Shown here: positions 26,401 through 36,190 of the stretch, in pieces | How positions within the stretch are numbered: the first letter of the stretch is position 1 | Layout of the letters: the number at the start of each line of letters is the position of its first letter | Notes under the pieces: model-generated | What the model saw: the letters and a program-made list of their open reading frames with translations, nothing else | Database searches by the model: none | Told to the model about the DNA's origin: nothing | Program-made: the position numbers and the translations under genes | NCBI GenBank assembly: GCA_964199315.1 | Contig: OZ116701.1 | Location: 19,158,001-19,222,000 of the forward strand | Direction: 5' to 3' | DNA: 64,000 nt | Source of the DNA: Orbicella franksi | Lineage: Eukaryota

Positions 26401-29400
26401 GAATTTGGTCAATTCAGGGCCTATCCTTTATGTGGGTGAGTTGAACTTGTAATAATTGTGCTTTTAGTTACCTTCCAATGTTAGCTTTTGATCTTAAGCA
26501 ATCTAAACATGCCTCATCGGGATCAGCTCCATGTGATGTACAAGCCTTTCATAAATAAACAGCAAAAGATTTCAAGTTCTAAATATCACACAATATTACA
26601 ATTGGACATAGCTAGATTTATTCACTTACATCTGAATTGTAAGCCAGCAATTAGTCTATATGACATCAATATGAATGGCAGAAGTCAATAATTGTTATAT
26701 TCAATACAATAACTAGGATATGCATACTGTATTTAGAGATATTGTTTACCCTAATAGCATCGCAATAGGCACAACATTCAACATTGTAGCCTTTTCCACC
26801 GAGAGTGAAGTCCTCATCATTTTTCTTATTCAGAAGAAGCAACAGGGCTTTGTAGTCCAGAGTTACTGTAAAAAATTTGTACTTGAGGTGTTAGGGACAC
26901 TTGTACTGATAGCAAAGTATAATACAGTGAGCCCCAGCTCACTTAACACCTCTCACACATAAATGCACAAACATCATACAGAAAAATCAATGTGTTCACC
27001 ACTCTGATCAAAGGAGAGCTTGGAACAGAAGGTCCAAGTTCATTTTGTTTGCATTCAAGATACACATCTAACGGAGTAATCAAAGAATTTTGTAATACCT
27101 GTGAACTTGATTTTGTACTTTCTGCCATCCACTACAATGCCATGTTTTTTAATGCAGTTCTTCTGGGAATTTAGATTTCTCAGGAGCTGCTTTAAATTGT
27201 CTCTAATTTGGAAGTAGAAAAACACATAATAAGTGTACTCAACAACTAGGTTGTCTGCAATGCAATTGCTCACAATACAGAGTCAATAACATTCACTTGA
27301 AATTAAAAAAAATAAGATTGTCAGCATGCAGAAGGCCGACGGGACACCATATTTACTCAAAAAGTGTGCTCCTCCCAGATACGCTACATTAAACAGCCCA
27401 CAAAATTTAACAAGTGCTACAGGGATTTTTCAAGTTTTCAAATGCCCCACATGACTACAGCACAGACCTAGAAGGGTTTACATGCAAATTTACGTGGTGC
27501 TGACATTGACCCAGGCCTTTGAATTCCACAGGAGAATAACACTGACATTAATTGAAAAGGTAATTTAACTTATTTTCTTTATTTCAGTTAAGCACTTAAT
27601 TATTATGACGTGTATGCACTGACCTTTTCTCTTTACAGTTTGCTATAGCAAGTGGGTAGATGGACAGTACACTCTCTGAACTCTTGTTTGCAAAGCCAAT
27701 GGGAGCTACACCCACAGCTACCTGATCTCTGCCTTTTGAACAAAAATATAGGATAAATAATATTTTGCTCCCACATATATAGCTTCTTCAGAATCATAAC
27801 ATATATCAATTCAGTGCCTTAGAGAAAACCTGGCACTGATATATAATATACTTCTGTAAAGATTTTTCTGTATACATAATCCAAACAATGACCATTTGAG
27901 CAATCAATAGTAAAGACAGCTATATCCAGCTCGAAAGCACTGCAGATTACAGATGTCAGGTCTGAATGTCTAAGACAGAAGTCGACAGGCCATTACTGTA
28001 TTTATTTGAATAACTTCCCACTCTGAAAGCCCAAAAATTATGAATTAGCCCCCACACCCACTGACTCCCAACATTGAAGGGGCAGCACCGGTGAATTCAC
28101 TCATTGCCATTATGGATTATGCCATTATTATGCCATTATGCCATTATTATGTGGATGAGATAAAAAAAGTGGATAAGATAGAAAAAGATATAAAAATCGA
28201 GTGAGAAATGTGAACCTGACTGACAATTGCTCAGATTTTTGACCCAGTCAATGGACTTTTATATTGCTTATGCTTTGTTCGTGTTAGCTATTGCACTTTT
28301 TTCCATTATTTTGAAGCAAAATGAACTTGTTGCCCTTTATTTTGTTATTATCCAAAAATTAATGTCCTTACTAACTAAAAATGTTGAAAAAATAATAAGC
28401 GCCCACCTGAAATAAGTGCCCAGCCTTAAGGTCCCAAGACCAAGGCAGTAATTCTAATAAATATAATAGCTACATGGCAATTAAAGGCAAGCCGCAAAAA
28501 CAATATTTTTCTTAAACTTTGGAGTTCAAGGCCAAACGATTGTTTTGACAGCATTTAATTAACCTGTCAATTGTTGTCACAATGGACAAAGACCAAAACA
28601 ACTTGTACACACCTCCAAGAGGACGGCCATCAAGCTTGATATTAAATTCCATATCCTCAGTGTCATTCGAGAAGAGGCGCTGTTCTCGGATGGCCCACAC
28701 CAGCACTGCACTTAGGTCTACATCACATGCATCAAAATCAGCATTCATCCTGTCAATCTTCAATGTTTTCCTCACAACAGAGAAGATAAGCTTCTTGATG
28801 GCTCTGATCTCATTTTTCGTGAGCAGCACAGGTGTATCATCAGATTTCTTAACAAGATGGATATAATTGTTAAAAAACAAAAATTTAAACTATAGCATAA
28901 GTTATCCTACTGTACTAATGAAATTCGACGGACACACTAAGTCTTGCTTGAAACTGGCAGGCAAATTCTCCTGTACAAATTAATGTCAATGATTGAAATG
29001 GAAATCTTCAAACATGCTCTTTTCATCTTAAAATACAAAACTTACAAACTTACAAAACTCAAACAACTGCAGTGAAACTCTATTATTCAATAACCTTGAG
29101 CAGCAAACTGTACTATGTGTTTGAGTGTGTACTTGTTTAAAAACAAACCAACTAGGCCGCATGACATAATGATTTTGTAAGAGGGAACAGGGCGGGGATG
29201 ACTAATTACAAAATCTCATGTTTCAAAAGGGGTTGGGAGGCTTATTAGAGAAGGGGAGCTTATTACAAAAACCAACTTTCAAACAGGGGGCTTATTAAAA
29301 CCAGGGGTTGTTGACAGAGATCGGGGCTTAATAGAACTTTTACATGTACTACTTCCTTATATATACATGTACGAGGGCTGTTCTGCAATAATATGTAATT

Positions 29401-32400
29401 AAATTTTTTTTTAAAAAAAGTGATAAAAACGATGTACAGGTGATCATTCACAATCATCAAATATTCCTCAGTAATTTATATCGTCACCTTAAGTTAATTG
29501 ATTTAATTAAGAAAAGAAATAAAATTAAGTAAGAATGTATACTCACTCCACTCTTTCCAAGCTGCGTCAAATTTAGCAATGTCTGCCACGCCGAGTCAGG
29601 AAGCCTTGACTGAAGCTTAAAAAACAAAAGCGCCCAATCTGGAACTCTCATGGATTTCATAATTCGCCCATAGGTCGACGATGATAAGAGATCAGATAAG
29701 CCTTTCTTGGGACCCTTGGCATCCAAGACCATATCCACGACCTCGGAAATTGTATCTCTCACTTGCTCTTTCTCGTTTTCATTTCCGAAGATAAACCCGT
29801 TCCCCAACACAGAAGATACTGACTCACGATACTTCTCACTGACGTCGTTGAGGGAAGCCATCACCTGACTGCATTGCTTTGCTATTTGCCTCTTTTTCGT
29901 CGTCGATCCTAGTGGACTGCTTTTAATTTCTTCAATTGAACTGCTGCTTGTCGATGGGGATGTTGGCGATGATCGACCCGAACAAGTCAGCGATTTCGTA
30001 GACTCTGGAGAAGATATTGATAGCGAGATGGAATCACCCAGAGTTTTTTCTTGTACTTGAGACTGAAGATTTCTTATCTCGGCTTGGAGTGCGTCCATCT
30101 CAGCCTTGAGCGACTCGATTTGGATGTTGCTCTCGAGTTGATCGAGGTAAACCATTTTCCCGCCAGAATCAACTTTGCTCGGCGGCGTCAATGGCTCCAA
30201 ATCAAGGGTGATAGAATTTATAATTCTTGCGACCGACTGGAAGGAGGGCGAACTGATCAGACCATCAGCTGGAATTTCCCTCTGTCTTAACAGACCAGCA
30301 CATAGGCCAAAAGACGAAGCCACGCATAAATTTCTTGGCTGTCTGTTCCATCTCGATAAATTGGCGGGCTCGAGTTCGCGCGAAGCGATTACTTTGACTT
30401 CATCGGGAAAAATCTTAAATACGCCATTCTTTAAAAAGTCAACTGGTCTCGTTCCCCCACATAGTTCTTTCGTCAAAACATACCAATTCTTGTGCGGGTC
30501 AAGGAACGCGCTTGTGACCCGTGCAAGACGCGTAGAGCTGAACTCCGATGGCACTGGAGGAGATTGTTCTTCCTCCATGCCGGTGCCGTGGATGATGTCG
30601 AAATAAAATACATCATTGCTTTGAAACTTAAATTTCCCGCCTGAGTAAAATATTACCACTGCAGTCAACATTTAACTTTTAGACCCCGAGTGGTACCTTC
30701 GTGTTAATGGCGACGTACAACAATGGTAATACGTCACCTTACGCATCTATCGCGCGTTACGTGGTTGAGCGTGACACATTCTTACGAGGCAAAGCGTCGC
30801 GTGGAATTAGTATCGCTTTGCAATCCTTTATTTGCCATTTTGATTCATAATTTGCCTTTTAAAAAACGCTGGGATGTTTCCTCTTGAAAATGTATCGCAT
30901 GTATACAATCATGCTAACTGATGAGCAATATCCTTCGTATAGTACAGACCATGACAGATATGACCGGACATTGCTCAGATCGCAAAGAGCTGAACTTCGG
31001 TCGCTTGATTTATAAAAGGTTTTCGGTTTTTGAAAAAGCACCAATCGTCAGTCTCCGCTTTGCACGCGTATTCGCGAGGCTTTTTCTTCCATCCTCGCAC
31101 AGCTGGTCATCTAGTGAGATCTACTTTATCGACCTAATCCAAGAGACTAATTAGTCGGCAAACACCTCTTCACCGTATGTTAAAAGACATCTTATGTCAT
31201 GTAATTACAAAGTTTGAATGGTTACAGATCATCTCCCGAATCCTGTGGTGATTTTTTTCTTCCGATAAAGCTCGTTACACTTTTAGCATTCTTGCATTCT
31301 TTCACACGTATTCTATTTAATATATGCCATTCGCTTGTTATATTCAAAAACTTTTAGGTCTATTTTATCATTTCATTTTTGTCCGTCGAAAAAAGCAGAC
31401 TGGCTGTTGAAAGCTCACAACTTTAAACAATTTTACCAGAGAACGTTTTTTACCTCTTACAATGAATCCTGGTATCACATCTTCAATATTTTTAAGTTGT
31501 ACTGCTGTTTCATTGAATTTAAAGCGTTTTTCAAATCCCCTAGTAAAGAAGTATAAATACTGTCGCTGCACCGAAGCTAAATAAGCAACGAAAAAATGGT
31601 CATCCATGCCCTTAATTTTTTTGTGGAAGGTCCTAAGGTCTATATTTTTGGTCGGGGATCGTTTTTTCAACACCAACAAAAAAGTTAATACGTATATCAA
31701 TCGGCTCAGCTTGTTTTATGTAAATTCATGGTCTTCGCAATGCGATAACATCGTAGCTCTTAGAAAAGCAAAAGAAATCACTGCCCAGAGTCAACATGAA
31801 CACTGACTTGCAACCAAACGCTTCCAACAAGCCGATAACGAATCACAATTTTTCGCAAATAAGGGAAGGCGTTAAAACTCAAAATTAATGTCTTTTTTGT
31901 GTTACCTGGAGACGCTGTGCTGATAAATCACGTGATCACAAAGTACCAGGTCACCTCGGTGATCGATTGTGCTCACCGGTGCATGCGCGAGTCCAGGTGC
32001 GTTTCCTTCAACTTCGAGGATCACGCTACATCGCTAAGACACGTGTGCCAGATCAATGACGAGAAAAAGCAAAAGAACTTTGAAAACTTCATTGGCCTGG
32101 ATGGGTTCAGTTACTATGAGTTTGAGGTAAGTCGTCGAGGCGTCAAAATATGCACACCCTTTAAAAGACGCTACTTTAGGGCAATGATGCTGTAATATGC
32201 ATTACAGTATAGCCGAAAACGTAGCCTCCGTGAAGATGTCCCTCGTTTATGCATAACTCATTATATCACTCTTTTAATAGCTCAGTGGACTTATATGGTA
32301 AAATTTAACAAATCTAGACCATTGTCAATGAAAATATGTCTGTCTTTTACGTTTGACCCCGTCGAAAGTTTGCTTGTCCCTCTAAGCTTCTAGCATTACT

Positions 32401-35079
32401 TGAAAGGCTTGCAAATCGGGAACACATACCAGATGGAATTGGAATTTGTTGTGTTGGTTATTGCGCGGAGGACGAAAAAGGTGAGAACCCAAAAGAAAAA
32501 CATCGGGCCAAGGACGAAAACCAACAAAAATCTCAAACCATGCACCGGTATGACGCCGTGCGGGTTAACGATTAGGACCCGAGCACCGACAGGGTAGGAG
32601 GCCAGCGAGTGCTCTCTCCACTGCGTCACTCCTTGGTTCCCGACATACCTTGAACAAGCTTGCTGTTTAATTCAAAATATGTATTAACTAAGATCAGAGC
32701 GGGAGACTCTAGTTCAAATATAACACCGATGTTTCACTACGAGCACACGAGAGCTCATCATTACTCCTACCTCCAGTAAGTTCTAGGTGGCATGTCTCAG
32801 CTGCATATGGTTTGAGGAAGCACGAGAATTGACATTAAATTTCTGACGTTTGGGGTTATATCTTAGTAGCACGTAATCTTCAAGTCCACATGTAAGAAAA
32901 AAGACAATCGACCGGTTACTGGATCTTTCTTATTTATCTTCATTCTCAGCAGCCTCTCGCATGCGGTGTTGGTTCATGTCAAAATGGCGGCATTTGCGTG
33001 GAGCAATGTGACGGAAACCGCAAATGTATCTGTAAAGAAAGGTACACCGGAGCACACTGTGAAAACATTCTCAGTACAGCAGAAACATTACGTAAGAAAC
33101 ACAGCAAAAACCTTTCATTTGTACTCATACTTTCAATGTACATCATATTTTACTGGTAATAATTAAATTAACTGGTGTACTGGAACAACCTTGCACAGGG
33201 GCTGGTGGGGCCAACAACACGATGGTTTGTAACTGGATTTAGGACAGTAGCATATTAACGAAACCAGTTAACTGGAAGCTCTAATCGCGCAGCATGGTCA
33301 ATAAAACCTGCACTCCGCAACATACACCAGGTTAACATCGCTCGATCGTTGACTGTATTGACTCGGAGTCTTGTTAGTAGCAAGCGCTGTTTAAAACAAT
33401 TTATATAACTGACAGACGTTTAATCTTTTTTACAGTCCTCCCTGTAACTGACGTGTCTTCTTGTAAGGAACTCTATGACAAACAGGAGTAAGTTCACAGT
33501 TAAATTCCGTTTTGGCAATTTAAACGGAGTCGTTCACCTCTCGATTCACTTCCCACCGTACTTCAGTTCACGACGCTAACGTGGCGTTTTGTTTAAAAGC
33601 ACAGATATCCAGGCAGACCCCTATCTCTTCTTAATTTTGTAAACATTACTGTGTAGGAAGAGGGACATTTGTGCAAACGATTTCACCAAGAAACCAATAG
33701 CGCCGAGAAATCCATCGCGCAACTGAAATCAGTTACAGCAGTCTACATTTTTCTCGCATTTTAATCACTTTTGGCCCTTATTATTTAATTTTTCATTCAA
33801 TGATACTATACTAGTAATTGCAAGGTATTTAAACTGTTTGGATTTCATCTCGTACAAACCATACACTACGCGTTGCACGTTTCGTTTCAGCAGGAAACGA
33901 AACTAACCAACCAAGTTGCGAACATGTGGAAACTCGAGTGGAAATACAGTCAAGTGAGTGAGATGATCAGTTTATTTCACTAGACTGGGAAAATCCTCTG
34001 GGCGTACAGTAAAATTTTGGCCTGGCTCGTTGACTTTGGACAGTTAAGAGAGCTGTATCACGGTTTGCGCATCTTGAAAAGTTTAGCCTAAATTTTTCAA
34101 GTTCACCGTTTGTAATCCGTGTCAATCTTCTCTATCATTAACCATCCGTGTTCCCTTAATGGTTTATTGTTAACTCTTTGGTGTTTTTCTATCTTAGAAA
34201 ACTATTAATTTCAGGTTTCCTTCAGTTTAAAGGTAATTTTGTACGTGGCCAAAATTAGCTCAAAATGCTGTGACTGAACTCCTTTAAGTAGCCTTATCCT
34301 CCACAATTCTCTCTTTTCTCCCCTATAACTGGTCCAGGGAGAGTCGAGTGTTTCGACTGATGTTTCGTGGGCAGACGATCCCTGTTTATTGTCACATGGA
34401 AAACTTTGGATGTGGAGATGGAGGATGGACACTAGCCATGAAGATTAACGGCAATAAGGTAAAAACCTCTACCCAGCGATGTCCCATGTAAACAATAAGC
34501 ATTATGGACATTCATCGACATTTTAAGCTAATATTTTCTTTCTGCCACGTTTAATTTCAGACAACTTTCCACTACAATTCTCACTTTTGGAACGACAGGA
34601 AAGGTTATAATCTTACAGCAGGTCAGACTGGGTTTGATACACAGGAGACCAAGCTACCAACATACTGGAGCACACCCTTCTCCAAGATTTGTCTCGGTAT
34701 GAAGATCGGCCAAGAAATGAACTTTATTGTCATCAACAGGTCGGCCAACTCTCTGCACTCACTAATCGCTGACGGGCAATACCGCAACACCTCACTGGGT
34801 CGTAACACGTGGAAGAAGTTGATTGGTTCACAGGCCTCCTTACAGCGCAACTGTAACAAGGAAGGGTTCAATGCTGTGGGAAATTCTATTTCCCAATCGA
34901 AAGCAAGAATCGGCATCACTAGCAATCAGGAAAATGACTGCGGCAACTGTGATTCCAGAATAGGGTTTGGTACAGGAGGACGCCATGATGACAGCAACAC
35001 GTGTGGAAACGAGGCAACTCTCTCACCAGATAATGGAGACAAACACATCAAAACCATGGGTTATATTTTGGTGCAGTGA
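14497..35079 (+). CDS. USOMP5-like copy 3; exons 14497-14614, 31912-32126, 32950-33091, 33436-33487, 34338(34332)-34458, 34561-35079; intron 1 expanded by the 16.3-kb insertion
   Basis: All six exons are open and in phase. The exon-5 acceptor is mutated AG>TG at 34330-34331, with an in-frame AG 6 nt downstream. Confidence 0.7.
15234..15427 (-). repeat. Left inverted repeat: Penelope-like 3' UTR/pLTR fragment
   Basis: Reverse complement of 31266-31459 and of about 254-435. Confidence 0.9.
16011..17102 (-). CDS. Intronless Ser/Thr protein kinase (~363 aa) with basic N-terminus
   Basis: GCGSFG loop, VAVK lysine, HNDIKSNN catalytic loop, DFG, HIAPE and DVFSFG are all present. The first ATG is at 17102; the ORF track starts at an upstream GTG. 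Confidence 0.9.
   Translation of the reverse strand: MARNKRKKLVDREKMKGIRIEAKKRWRNKKAKAKCLKNAVELARESEAKPAVVAEAVRPSMSCQLPEPEQGFAEPKPAKHCEAKKSPVVVDVLGSTSKTKKSDEARTRVSAPLKEINPSEVVRSEIFLGCGSFGTCYLAYYRGISVAVKEFKPRQSRSQDEIKQEVLREAQMIGQLGDHRGLPLLFGVITKSLPLRLITQFHGQNNSCSTLHKVIKKGTLDKPSWIGILKKIMDALNHMHKAGVVHNDIKSNNVVLEKPGEQWNPVIIDFGKARRIANPKPLMDLSPSAQEEYRRSYPHIAPEIVSGKGQQSVVSDVFSFGKIALKILNLLPTATALSLKVAKKLTSDDPPNRPSLNEFAAVL
17675..18960 (+). CDS. Two-exon protein (~244 aa; exons 17675-17927, 18479-18960) with one N-terminal C2H2 zinc finger; function unknown
   Basis: [22 protein letters not shown] finger. The phase-1 donor cctg/gtaag and acceptor ttag/gtaaa join PKAP-G-KWCR into the 18454-18960 ORF. 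Confidence 0.7.
19181..19648. repeat. 86-bp tandem repeat, about 5.4 near-identical copies
   Basis: aaagacagaatagttt recurs at 19181, 19267, 19353, 19439, 19525 and 19611. Confidence 0.95.
19752..30578 (-). CDS. Spliced RAG1/Transib/Chapaev-type DDE transposase fused to a C-terminal Ulp1/SENP (C48) protease, ~1,550 aa, one apparent frameshift
   Basis: Exons (minus): 30578-29547, 28847-28613, 27732-27624, 27202-27099, 26865-26750, 26545-26472, 25659-25382, 25098-24947, 24737-24653, 24342-24125, [24048-23164 unresolved], 23163-23071, 22623-22408, 21910-21824, 21550-19752. Motifs in order: [29 protein letters not shown](H), QGFES. Protease: NHWGL, YFDDG, Q..GSCGV. One base is missing at about 22541-22543. 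Confidence 0.8.
31266..31494 (+). repeat. Right inverted repeat: Penelope-like 3' UTR/pLTR fragment plus a 35-nt extension
   Basis: Matches about 254-430. It is followed by acaatgaatcctggtatcacatcttcaatattttta before the target duplication. Confidence 0.85.
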
Positions 35080-36190
35080 CATGAACTAGTACTTTGTGAA
35101 AAAGCTTTTAACATGTCAATGGATTAGCATTGATACGTTTCTATTCGCGAGAATTAGTGTTTTGTAGAAGAAATAAAGTGTGGTGATGGGAAAACATTTC
35201 GCGGTGTTTTACGTCAACTATTCATTATTATCATTATTATTTTTGTTGCATACATCGGGGAATGGATAATGTTCACCTCTTTAGTGGTTACTTGGTTACT
35301 GAATGAAAATGTACATTAAAGGTAGAGTAGTTAACAGTTCTTAATACAAGTCAGTTATCTGCAAAAAAAAAAAAGATCAAAGGAGAGAAACTTCATTTGA
35401 AAATAATTCAGTCTCAACTAGGATTTTTGGCCAAAACTGCATGAAATTTGCAAGTTGCCATAGCAACGTCCAAAACCGTGAAGGATGAATGAACATCTGC
35501 TACCGAAAGTTTCAGCATTTTAGAGTTAATCGTCTTTTCAAAACTTAACTTTATCGACATGCTTCCATACTTTTTTCCACTTCTCTTCATCAGATATCAG
35601 AAATTATTGTAATTGCATTTTATAAGCATTTTGGCTGGATTTTGTATTAACTTCCGTTATTGAAATCCACGATGGCGGATTAGATGACGTTACTTGACGT
35701 CATATGACGTCAAACCTAACAAAATTGTTGTCACCTTGTAGAGCAGGCACGGGTTTATCTACTCAATGTAATTTTTTTCCTACTATGACTTACCAGAATT
35801 AAGACAAATTTCAACGTTTGTTCGCTTAAAGATGAATAGAAAGAGGCTGCTGTTCATCGGTCGAAAGACGTAAGTTCAGTTATTTCAACTCTACGCAACG
35901 GCAAAAGAAATGCAAATAAAAATAGAGCAAACTCATAATATTTAAGCATTTAAAAATAGTTCAGTTTCGACTCAGGGCGATTTTAACTACATGTACAGAA
36001 TGTAATCCAAACTAAGCTTCAGAAAATTACAGCGAGGCTGAGAATTTTGGCCAAACCTGCATGAAATTTGCGGTTGCCATGGCAACGTCTTAGATAATTG
36101 AGAAATCGGACAGTCGTTCTGTCGGACGGTCGGACTGACTGACTGACTAACTGACTGATGGTCTGACGGACTGTCTGACATATGGTCTGA

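Larger units (their letters stand above)
15234..31494. mobile_element. 16.3-kb composite insertion with 12-bp target duplication AGTTGTACTGCT and inverted Penelope-derived ends
   Basis: AGTTGTACTGCT at 15222-15233 and 31495-31506. Paralogous units show the site once (ttgtactgctgtttc at about 41504). About 190-bp inverted repeats at 15234-15427 and 31266-31459. Confidence 0.8.

Noticed and set aside
29484-30671. Stand-alone 395-aa gene
   Set aside because: It ends at a strong gtgagt donor (29546) and joins in phase to the KLDGR exon, so it is exon 1 of the transposase.
15428-31265. CAC..GTG terminal inverted repeats of a Transib/Chapaev element
   Set aside because: Only weak patches (gcgaggat..cgcgtg near 15630 and 31075-31100; gaaaaaat at both inner ends) were found, with no convincing TIR or 4-5-bp TSD.
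15234-31494. Polinton/Maverick or endogenous virus (kinase plus cysteine protease)
   Set aside because: No protein-primed PolB, retroviral-type integrase, packaging ATPase or capsid ORF. The main gene is intron-rich with a RAG1/Transib-type motif order.
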